Assembly (NCBI RefSeq): GCF_018350175.1
Contig: NC_058368.1
Span: 219,172,001 to 219,236,000, forward strand
Source of the DNA: Felis catus
Lineage: Eukaryota
Direction of reading: 5' to 3'
DNA: 64,000 bases
Both the position numbers and the translations under genes were made by a program. The notes beneath the pieces were generated by a model. It saw nothing but the letters and a program-made list of their open reading frames with translations, had not been told where the DNA came from and did no database searches. Shown piece by piece: positions 53,366 through 64,000 of the stretch. Positions within the stretch are counted from its first letter, which is position 1; every line of letters begins with the position of its first letter.

Positions 53366-54016
53366 TTTTTTTCTAAATGTATTTGATACAATTGAGAATT
53401 TTATAATTATTGCTCAATAATAAAATATCTCTTGTATCAGAAGGAAAATTAGATTTATGTAAAAGGAATATATCTGAATTCAGGAATCTTCAGTTTCAAT
53501 CCTGTATTCTAAAGAAGTAACATAATATAGATAAATACTGTAAATAAAAGGAAAACAAATAAGAAAGTAAACCTTAAACCTCAGGATAAAGTAGAGAGTT
53601 GTGACACCTTAAGCAAGTTGTAAAATCTAGAGCTAATGGAAACAGTCTATTAGTCATGTTCCATTCAAGACACAGGAAATTCAAACTGATAATTACAGAA
53701 GGTTAAGAGGTACATTTTACAGAGGATTGGGTAGTATTTAGAAATACAAAAGGAATAATGTAATACCCTGGAACTAGTAATAAGAAGAAACCATTCTCTT
53801 CTTAATTCTGAAGGATGAAGGCAAGAGATCAATTGTCCAAATCTTCAGAAGATGGAGAAAACCCCAACACAGCCAACAAATATCATTATGTGTTTAACGA
53901 ATCCCATGAAATACATATCGAAAGTTAATACTCCTCCAGCACTCACATCTCTTGCTGATGTCTTCCTCCTGGCTGTATACAGCTAGATGGGGAAACCTAG
54001 AGAAGTTATTGAGGTA

Positions 54017-54017
<1 letters not shown>

Positions 54018-54054
<37 letters not shown>

Positions 54055-54064
54055 TTATCTATCT
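54018..54064. repeat. (TCTA)n microsatellite
   Basis: Directly visible. Confidence 0.95.
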
Positions 54065-54601
54065 GTATAAGTATATAGAAGGATACAGAATTTCTTTAGG
54101 TAGGCAAACCAAAAATATGCAGGTCAGATACCCCCTTTCTTTCATCCCCCCATGAGCATACACTTTTGTTTTTACCTAGGTGAAAACCTATATCTTAACA
54201 CCAGTAGCTTGTTATTTCCTTGTCACCAAGTCCAAATAGCATAATGTCTAAAGTTCAGTGGAATAGAGATACGCTTGCAAGGTTATAGAAACAATTTAAG
54301 TACACTCTAAGCTACTTATCACAGGGGACAAGAGAGTTGCCATAGTTCTTAAGCAAATTAGTGAAGGTAGAAGTAAGACAAACATTTTATTAAACTGTAT
54401 GGGGGGACAGATATAAGGATTTCCATTTGTTTCCTATGTAGAAGACACTGTAAAGGTTTTGCCATACATTGGGTTTTTCCCCACTGTATACATTCTAAAA
54501 GTGAAAAAAAATAGTCATGGAATGAATCTGTCATCCCACTGGACCCTCTGCAAGAAGAAATCAAACCACCACTCCATCAATCATCAAAAACTTCTACTCT
54601 G

Positions 54602-55780
54602 CTTTTATTTCCCTTGCCTCAGGAGACATATCTACTAAGAAATTGCTACTGCCAATGTCAAAGAGGTTACTGTTGGGATTTCATCAAAATAAAAAGCTTC
54701 TGCACAACAAAGGAAGCAATCAACAAAACTAAAAGGCAATCTTAGGAATGGGAGAATATATTTGCAAATGTAGATATAAAGAGTTAGTATCCAAAATATA
54801 TAAAGAGTTAGTATCCAAAACATATAAATAAAGAGTTAGTATCCAAACTAATAAAGAGTTAGTATCCAAAATATATAAAGAACTTATAAAACTCAACACC
54901 CAAAACACAAATCATCCACTTAAAAAATGGGCAGAAGACATGAATAGACATTTTTCCAAGGAAGACATATAGATGGCCAACAGACACATGAAAAGATGCT
55001 TAATATCACTCACCACCAGGAAATACAAATCAAAACTACAATGAGATAACACCTCACATCTGTCAGAATGGCTAAAATCAACAACACAGGAAACAACAGG
55101 GGCTAGTGAGTATGTGGAGAAAGGGGAGATTTCTTGCACCTTTGGTGAGAATGCAAAGTGGTACAGCCACTCTGGAAAAGAGTATGGAGGTTCCTCAGGC
55201 AGTTAAAAATAAAACTACCCTATGATCCAGTAACTGCACTACTAGGTGCAAAATACTAATTCAAAGGGATGCATACACCCCAATATTTATAGCAGCATTA
55301 TATACAATAGACAAAGTATGGAAACAGCCCAAATTTCCATCAATTGATGAATGGATAAAGAAGAAGCAATGGAATATTACTCAGCTATCAGAAAGAATAG
55401 AATCTTACCATTTGCAACAGCATGGATGGAGCTGGAGTATTATACTAAGCGAAATAAGTCAGAGAAAGACAAATATCATATGATTTCAATCATGTAGAAT
55501 TTAAGAAACAAAAGAAACTACCATAGGGGGAAAAGAGAGAAAGAGAGAGGTAAACTAAGAAAAAGACTCTTAAGTACAGAGAACCAACTGATGGTTACCA
55601 GATGGGAGGTGGGTGCGGGGATGGGTAACATAGGTAATGGGAATTAAGGAGTGCACTTGCTGTAATGAGCACCGGATGTTATACATAAGTGTTGAATCAC
55701 CAAATTGTACACCTGAAACTAATATTATACTGTATATTAACTGGAACTTAAGTAAAAACTTAAAAAAAAAAAAAAAAAAA
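54602..55780 (+). mobile_element. 5'-truncated carnivore L1 with a 5' inversion (twin priming)
   Basis: 54602-54673 is antisense L1; 54674-55780 is sense ORF2 end, 3' UTR and poly(A); degenerate TSD aaaacttctactctg / caacctcctaccctg. Confidence 0.88.
54776..54870 (+). repeat. Four-copy minisatellite, 20-bp core ATAAAGAGTTAGTATCCAAA, inside L1
   Basis: Identical cores at 54776, 54800, 54828 and 54851 with spacers atat, acatataa and cta. Confidence 0.95.
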
Positions 55781-58650
55781 CAACCTCCTACCCTGTGCAG
55801 ATCATCGTAAATTGCAAAAATCCAGATATTAGTGTTAATCCAGAGGCAGTACCATGAACCCCCAAAATGGTTGGATACTTTTCTTGTTGTTTTTTTCTTC
55901 AGCATCTGTTATCCTGCTAAATATCTGAAATTTCTGCAGTTAAAATTTGGGGGGCAGATTCATTTTAGATTCATGTGTCATTTTGCTGAGACTTTCTTGG
56001 AAACACCCAGACTTCTCTCTCAACTGAGAATTATTGAGTCTATGAACAGGTATATCTCTGGCACCTCAGTTAGCTTTTGGTCTTGTAGCCATATAATTTT
56101 TCCACTAACATAAGTCTTGCAGCCCCTTCATGAGCTGTCAGTCTATATTATCCCTGAGGATTGTATGCTTCATTAACTATCACTACAGATCTCTGCACAT
56201 TAAAACATTTTTATTACTACTCTTGCCTTGAAATTTATTGAGGTATTTGCATCCACCTTGTCTCTGAAGGTCAGGCACTACTAACTGCCTCTGGAAATCT
56301 TGGATCCCAATATTTCCACTGAGATTTAAGAAATTTACAGCTATTGTAGCATTCTTTTCCATAATCTTTAGCCAATACATAATAGGTAATGGACACACGT
56401 TGGCTTTTAAAAAGGCTAATATCTTTCTAACCAAGGCCTTTCTTAATGCCTAATGAGGAAGCAATGTTTAGACTCTTGATGAGCACATGATTAAAGACTA
56501 TCAGATCAGGTACTTATAATATTTCAATTCCAGTGTTACAATCCAGATGAAATTTCTGACTCCTTCCTATGCTTACCCCCAAGAAACTTCTGATATGTCA
56601 CCCACATTGCTAATCTCTACAGGAGACTGTTGTATTCAGGCTTCAATGAGTCAATGTAGCTGCTAACTATTAATATCCTTCCTAGGCCCTAGATCCAAAC
56701 ATTATATCCCAAGTTCCAAGCAAGGACATCTTATAAATAGATTGTGTAACATTGATCTTTTTTTATTCCATCCTCTTTGTCTAACACCCTCAGAATGTCT
56801 AACACTCCCATACATACTTACCAGATTCCTGTCAATTAAAACTGATGAAATTCTGCAGCTTTTCTGTGTATAGACTATCTCCTCCTAGAGCCAGCTTTGT
56901 TCTTCTTATTTTATATATATATGGAGACAATTCCTCTTGCTTGGAAAGTAGGGAAGGGCATTTGGTGTGGTTTCCGTGAACAGTTTCCGAGTGTATTTAG
57001 GGAAACTCTTTCATAAAGAGATAGACTGGTTACCTCAGAAAGGGTTAGATTTTGTGCCCCCACTCTCAAGGGGTATTGAAGAGTATGTGGAAGAGGAAGA
57101 GTCCAAAATTCTCTGTTATGTCTACATCTTCTCAATTGTCTCTACCTCATATTTCAGAGGCCCATCCTTTCCCCTTCAGTGCTCTGAGTTGAGTATTTTA
57201 TTGACACTGCAACTCTGCGATGCTTACAACAAGCTCTAGTTGTTGACCCTCAACTTCATTTGCTCTGCAGCTGGAGGAGTTAAGGAACTCCTTAAAGTTG
57301 TCACAGAAATTCTAATCTTCTATTTATCTCAGTTGAATATTCACAGCTTTTATTTTATTCTTTTACTTGAGTATACCATGTAGGGTTCTGAGGAGTAGCA
57401 AACTATAATAAAAAACCTTTGTGCTCATTATTGTCTTCAGGAAGATGAAATTCCAAAGATGTTTTACCTCCCAAAGCCTGGACTTTAATTGAATGTCTTC
57501 CCGTGCTAGTACCTGTAATATTTTGAGGATCTTGATACCTCTACCCATAACTTACCAGTGTCAAATTTTCCCTGGAAACCACTGTAACCATGGAGTGCTC
57601 AATATGTGTGCAATTCAATCTCAGAATCCTATTTCTAAGTTTTTTGTTTTTGCTTTTTTTTTTTTTTTTTTTTTTTTTTTTCCTGGAGTCATTTCAGGTA
57701 CCAATTACTATTTCAGTTAGAGCACATCAACGAAAAGATGGCATATTATAATTGGTGCTCTATGGAGTGTTTAATAAAGCAAACATTTTTACAAAACTGT
57801 ATGCATGTTTTCAGGAAAAAAAATTAAGTGGGGGGAGGGGTGTTGGCTAATTCAGAACTTTTGAGTCAGTGATATTTTTAATAATAAGCCTTCAAGAAAA
57901 AACAAAAAAAGAAACACCCTACAGATTTCTGTCTCCTATAATTCTTCTGTCAATATCACATTTTGGCTGACCCTAACTGGAAACCCTAGGTACAGGGAAC
58001 CCAAGATGCAGTGTATAGGGGCTAGTCTCCCAAGCAAAGAACAGATGGAAAAATGGTGAGTCAATATGGAGGATAAAATAGAACATATCCAACACATATG
58101 TGTTTTTCCTTGGTCTTGCATACTTCACAGTTGGTTGTAAGTACTAAATATATTTTTTCCTGCAATGTTTTTTGAATGTAATATTCAATACAATTATCTG
58201 AGCTATAAATGGTGGAAATAATAACTTGCCATAGTTTTTGTTACCCAAAATAAGTCGAAGCATTATCTACTTGTGACTGAAACTTCAGACACATATCTGG
58301 CACAGGATCCTGAATGCTTGTTTGCCACGGTAAACTTCAAAACTAGTTGGGAAAAATATTATAAAATTATGATTATCCGTAAGCCTCGTCACAGCATGTG
58401 TGTTCCGTAGTATTGCTATCCATATTGTTGGCTTTTCCTTGTCATTGGATTAAAGGCAAACTTACCTCATGTACATTTCTGAACTAGATCTGTACAATCC
58501 TATATATGACCTAAAGTTTTAAGCAAGAAGGATAAAATTAAATTTCAAATACATCATAAATGAATTTCTATATTTTTTCTCCCGTTCTTCCGATTGGTCT
58601 TTTTCTCATCTTTCTAGACTCGGCTGAAGTCCAAACTTCTCCATTAATTC

Positions 58651-59885
58651 CTTTTTTTTTTTTTTGTATTCTTCCCCTTCCCAGATTTGTTGAGAGATAA
58701 TTGACAAGTACAATTATGACATATTTAAAGTGTACAACATAACGATTTGATACATAGTGTGAAAGAATTACCCCATCAAGTTAACTGAGTTAATCAATAC
58801 ATTCCTCTCACCTCACACAGTTAACTTTGTTTTCATAGTGAGAACATTTAAGTTTATTCTTTTAGCAAATTTTAATTATAAAATGCAATCTTATCAATTA
58901 CTGTCACCATGTTACATGTTAGATCCTCAGATCTTATTTATCTTATAACTAAGCCTTTGTAGTTTTTTGCCACCCTCTCCCTATTTCCTCCACTCCCCAG
59001 TCCTTGGCAACAACCACCTTTTTTGCTGTATTTCTGTGCAAACAATTTGAGTTTTTTTGAGATTCCTATGCCGTATTTATCTTTCTCTCTCTGGCTTATT
59101 CCACTTAGCAAAATCTCCTCCAGTTTCATCCATGTTCTCACAAAGAGTAAGTGTTCCTTCTTTTTAAAAACTGTAGATTTGATTCATTCGGGTTCTGCAC
59201 TGAGAGTGCAGAGCGTGTTTGGGATTCTCTCTCTCTCCTTCTCTTTGTCCCTCCCCCACTTGTGCTGTTTCTCTCTCTCTCAAAATAAATAAACTTAAAA
59301 AAATTAAAGCTGTAAAATATTCCATTTGCGTATATGTTTGTGTATGCATGTGTATGTGTGCATGTTTGTGTGTATGTGTGTCTGTACATAAACAAATATA
59401 TATTTCTTTATTCATTTCTTTATACTTTCTTTATTCATTCATCCATCAACAGGCACTTAGGTTACTCTAATACCTTGGCTGATGTGAAAGATGCTGCAAT
59501 GAATATGGGAGGATAGATATCTCTTAGAGAGAATTTTTTTTTCTTTTGAATCTATTCCCAGAGTGGGATCGGTAGATCATATTGTAGTTCCATTTTTAAT
59601 TTTGTGAGGAACCTCCATATTGTTTTCACAGTGGTTACACCAGTTTACACTTCTGCTAACATTGTATAAGTTTCCATTCCTCCATATTCCATGAAGCATT
59701 TGTTATCTATTGATTTTTAATAATGGAAATCCTAATGGAGGAGATATCTCATTGTGGTGTAGGTTTGTATTTCCCTGATGATTAGTTGATGTTGAAACCT
59801 TTACATCTATCTGTTGACCATTTGTATGTCTTCCTTGGGAAAATGTCTGTTCAGGTCCTCTGTCCATTTTTAATTTTTTTTTTCT
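58651..59885 (-). mobile_element. L1 3' end (L1MA/MB-like) containing a 5'-truncated Can-SINE (about 59189-59305, plus strand)
   Basis: Poly(T) at 58651; tttaaagtgtacaac; ORF remnant TWMKLEEILLSGISQREKDKY; gaggaacctccatattgttttc. Confidence 0.85.
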
Positions 59886-60366
59886 TCAGCCAAATAATTT
59901 GTAAAAAGCCTCAAAAGTAAGTGCCAAAAATCATAATCACAAATGACATATTAATTGTCAGACAGCTGGTCCTCCACTTTTAAAAGTAAGAAAATGGAGC
60001 CCAGGCAATTACAATATACATTAAATATGAATTAAACATATCTCAAGAATCTGTATCTCACAAATTCCAATAATATGTTTAAATATGCTAACAACAGTAG
60101 ACTATATAGTGATATTTTATATTCCTTAATATTCCACCCTTTGTTTTATCTGATAATCTTTAGTCCTCCATATAAAACTTTCATCTTTAGTAACTAGTGG
60201 TAGTACCTTACCCATTTTTTATCTACTTAATTCTTGGGCACTGTATATTCAGTAATGACTTTGCATACACTTTGCAGTGTTCCATGTTTACTCCCAAACC
60301 CCGTCAACATGTTGTGTGAATTCTTTATTGCTATAGGTGATACTTCCCTTAAGGAATGTGATGGGC

Positions 60367-60877
60367 AGCACTCTCAACAATAGCCAAATTGTGGAAAAAG
60401 CCTAAATGTCCACCAACTGATGAATGGATAAAGAAAAGCCTAAATGTCCATCAACTGATGATTGGATAAATAAATTGTGGTTTATGTATACAATGGAGTA
60501 CTATATGGCAATGAGAAAGAATGAAATATGGCCCTTTGTAGCAACGTGGATGGAACTGGAGAGTGTTATGCTAAGTGAAATAAGCCATACAGAAAAAGAC
60601 AGATACCAGGTGTTTTCACTCTTATGTGGATCCTGAGAAACTTAACAAAAAGAAGGAAGGAAAGGAAGGAAAACAAAAAGAAAAAAAAAAAAAAAGGTTA
60701 GAGTGGGAGAGAGCCAAAGCATAAGAGACTCTTAAAAACTGAGAACAAACTGAGGGTTGATGGGGGATGGGAGGGAGGGGAGGGTAGGTGATAGGCATTG
60801 AAGAGGGCATCTTTTGGGATGAGCACTGGGTGTTGTATGGAAACTAATTTGACAATAAATTTCATATAATAAAAAAA
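60367..60877 (+). mobile_element. Young felid-type L1 3' end with an internal tandem duplication
   Basis: TSD aaggaatgtgatgggc (60351-60366) / aaggagtgtgatgggc (60878-60893); ORF2 C-terminus PKCPSTDDWINKLW...WMELESVMLSEIS; tail gacaataaatttcatat. Confidence 0.93.
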
Positions 60878-62514
60878 AAGGAGTGTGATGGGCTCTGATG
60901 ACTTGGTTTATTCATCTATTATGACCCTTTCACACACTTCTGCCCTCTATTCCTCCAGCCTTGCCATCCCATTGCTTTGTACCTGAGACCACAGACTTTG
61001 TTTTACTTCTCTTGCATAACAAATTCCTGCCTTTTTAGATTTCTTTTACTCAATTACTCTTGAAACAACATTATAAACCTCTATATTACTTTAATAACTT
61101 CGAACCTATCCTGTCTTATACCAATTTTATTTTTATCTCTAAACACCTTACATTTTAGAGTTCTTTATCTCAAACATATTTGTCAATAGTGATAAATCAT
61201 TTTGACTACTTTATTTTCTTTGGTAATTCTGAAAAAAGTGGGGAAAAAGAAAAAAAATTGAAACCTATAGAAACATTAGTCTTTCTCAATGAAGTCTACA
61301 ACTGAGCTATGGATTCTTGATGAAAACAAAATGAGCCACCAAAGTATTCTGAATCAAAATAAACTCATGGTTACTAAGTCATTCATACAAACCAGGTGAG
61401 TCCATTTTAAGATGTGTCTTATTAATATATTTTATTTTTTGTTGTTGTTGAAAGAGCATTGTGTCCTTAAGTAACGGGGACTCCCAAGCCTCTTATTTAT
61501 CTCCCTTCTATTCACCTAGGAGTTTATTTATGAAAAGTAATTTTGATGAAAGATATTCCAAACAAAAGAATGAAACTTTGAAACTGAATGAAGAAAGACA
61601 TTGCTGTTTTCAGTGGGCATTCATTCTTCTTAGAGGGCATACTTTTTTGGATACATTTACCATAACCCACTATAGATCCTGAGCATTTGATGCCCTGCTT
61701 TCTCCTTTCAAAAAAGGGTTTTAGTTTTTTTTTTTAGTTAATATTATGCATAAAATACAAAGTCACTTTTCTTCTTATGTTTTTCATTATCCAATTCATT
61801 AACAAATTCTTCAACTAACTATGCAGTCACTAATTACGTATTAAACTTGGAATTATGTGTTAACATTGGAACCTAGAAATCCTTCTGCGAACAAAACATA
61901 TTTTCCTCCAAGTATTTCCAGTTTCTGTTTATCCTACCAATTTTCCCATACTATGTGACTATGAAACTTAATCTTCAGCTGGGTGATTTTGGAAAGAATG
62001 ATGACCTTTGTATGCCTTTGATACATCTCCAACTCCTTCTCAACTACACTTCTAGTCCAGCATGCAAATGAGCTGCAAGACATTAAGGAATTATTTGAAA
62101 CAACTGGCTATTCTAGAAGCTATTAGAAGGAAACCGATAACACTTTTTCCCCCTTCAAAATGTATAGTCAAAGGGATCAGTAGTGGACCACGACACTCTT
62201 CCTCCAAAGGAGGGCACAAACCAGGAAGTATTTTAAATACTCACAAATAGAGCAGCACCTGCTTGTTGACATACGTTCATGGAAAGTATTATATTGCCTT
62301 ACCCTACCCATTAAAAGGTCTTTTAGGGAATTGCCCTAATAAAAGCTATTTAGAAACCAGACTTGACCTGGTACTTCCAATTACAACCTATCTCCACAGC
62401 TTCATTTTAACTCCTCCACTTTCCATGCTTGTAACTCTTGTTGGCAGTGAAGAACTTTGCCTACAGTATTCACAGTATGTTTACTTGTTTGCTCCATCCT
62501 AGGTGTTTGGAGGT

Positions 62515-62562
62515 TAGATAGCTAGATAGAGGATAGATATATAGATAGATAGGTAGATAGAT
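62515..62562. repeat. Imperfect (GATA)n microsatellite
   Basis: Directly visible. Confidence 0.85.
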
Positions 62563-62699
62563 GGTTTTGATAAACTTGATAATCTTTATAAAGCTATCAA
62601 GTGATCTCATTGGTAATTAGCATTCCTACACTTCTACCCTATTCTCTATCAATGTCACACATAACTATTTTTCCTGTTCCTGATTTATCCTTCCTGTTC

Positions 62700-63400
62700 C
62701 TTTTTAGACGTATTCTGGAAATACTCTAAAAATCCTTCCTTATTACTTTAGGGAAATCTTTATTCTTGTTTCCAACTACAGAGTATTCAAATGTGTAGTT
62801 GAACCATAGTTTATATAACTATTTTTCCTTATCTCTGCATGTAGGTAATTTTCTATATTTTGTAAAAGGAAGTAATTTTTGTGAATAAACATGAGTATAT
62901 GTTTTCATAATATTTGAGGCAAATTGCTAGGGTAAATATCTAGAAGTGGACTTGCTGGGTCATAGGTAATTGTATATATATAACTTTGGTATATTTTGGC
63001 AGCCCATTCCCACAAAGACTTACCAGTCTGAGTTCTACCAACCAATTATTAGAGTGACTGTTTCTCCACAGGCTTGCCAAAATATATCGTGTAGTCTTTA
63101 GTGTTAAGCATTCTTATAGGTGATAGGTAAGAAATGATATCTCTGTGTAGTTTTACTTTGCATTTCTCTGTGAGGGAGCTTGGACATCTTGCAATCTTTT
63201 TGTATGTTAAGTATATCTACATCTGTTCTTACTTTTCCCCACTTTTGTAGTAGGCTTTATGCTCCTTTGTTCTCAAATTCGATAGTTTTTTATAGACCAT
63301 AGTTGCTACATCTTTATATATGATATCATTTGCAAGTACCCTTTCCCATTTTTTTTTTTTTATCAATTAATTTTGCTTGTAGTGGGCTTTTACTTGTTTG
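62700..63400 (-). mobile_element. Ancient L1ME-like 3' fragment
   Basis: ctagaagtggacttgctgggtcatagg, tatctctgtgtagttttactttgcatttc. Confidence 0.65.
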
Positions 63401-63569
63401 TCTGATTTTTTTGCCAGAGCAAATATCTAGATGACATCAGAATACATAAACAAAGGATAATTGTAGTCACCTAAAAATAGAACCATTCAGTTTACACTAA
63501 TTTTACTAAAGGTAGTTTTACAGGAGTATAATAATTACCATGAAATTCAAGAATACCTGAGATGATACT

Positions 63570-64000
63570 TAAGATTCACTCTTTCATTTATTTAAAAACA
63601 TTTGTTGAGCATCTACTATGAAGCACACAGTATTTTAAAGGTTAACTATATAGTAATAAATAATTTGTTAAACTAAAAGCTAAAAGGGACAAACAAGCAT
63701 TAAATAAACACACACACACAAAAACAGAATCATTAAAATAAGTACCATGAAGGAAATGAATAGATTCTGAGATGGTAATACAGGGTCTAATCTTGACTAA
63801 TCAAGATTTATGAAGACTTGTCTAAGGAACTTAATTTAAGCCTTGGCCAGATGGATAAGCAACAAGCAGCTAAATGAATGTTGGAAGAGGAACATTCCAT
63901 TATGAGTAATATATATGGCCAAAAGTTTGTTAGCAGGAAGGCAGGCCATATGTAAAGGTAGAAGATATTAGGATTATTTCATGGTGATAAAAAGGCAAAA
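63570..64000. mobile_element. L2 3' end relic
   Basis: ttcattta...acatttgttgagcatctactatg, aagtaccatgaaggaaat, ggaagaggaacattcc. Confidence 0.65.

Larger units (their letters stand above)
53645..58096 (-). mobile_element. Highly decayed ERVL-class provirus (LTR, gag-like internal region, LTR), split by an L1
   Basis: Minus-strand gag-like QESGKYVWE...ILRVLD at about 56780-56835; aattggtacc at the LTR/internal boundary (about 57697-57706); LTR-like segments at 53645-54125 and 57707-58096 have related ends (ggcaaaccaaaaatatgcag / gataaaatagaacatatccaacaca). Confidence 0.5.

Noticed and set aside
54776..54870. CRISPR-like repeat/spacer pattern
   Set aside because: Spacers are only 3-8 nt, the repeat is L1 ORF2 sequence, the DNA is mammalian and there are no cas genes.
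57466..57510. 45-nt minus-strand exon candidate (VLAREDIQLKSRLWE)
   Set aside because: Lies within the inferred ERVL internal region and has a weak acceptor and donor.

Overview
AT-rich, repeat-dense mammalian nuclear DNA, most likely an intergenic region or a large intron. The organism is a feliform carnivore, probably a felid: there are at least 14 feliform-type Can-SINEs and a cat-type L1 3' end at 60367-60877. No intact protein-coding gene can be supported. The only recognisable gene-derived sequence is a full-length, disabled processed pseudogene of PSMC1 (26S proteasome AAA-ATPase Rpt2) on the minus strand at 6411-7998, with a 19-bp target-site duplication (TSD), inserted into an old L1. 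The rest is layered transposon history: a nested L1 stack at 21.4-30.1 kb holding an ORF2-less L1 and a solo LTR with a 6-bp TSD (ERV2/betaretrovirus-like); a both-ends L1 at 38.6-43.9 kb with three internal deletions, one fusing ORF1 to ORF2 in frame; two 5'-inverted L1 insertions; an internally inverted MLT2-like LTR; a decayed ERVL-like provirus; DNA-transposon relics; and many microsatellites. A small CpG/CCAAT-retaining unique island at about 58.3-58.6 kb and a few exon-like segments might belong to an unannotated transcript, but this is speculative. I did not find a convincing novel biological system. Repeat family names are from recalled consensus sequences and need RepeatMasker/Dfam confirmation.
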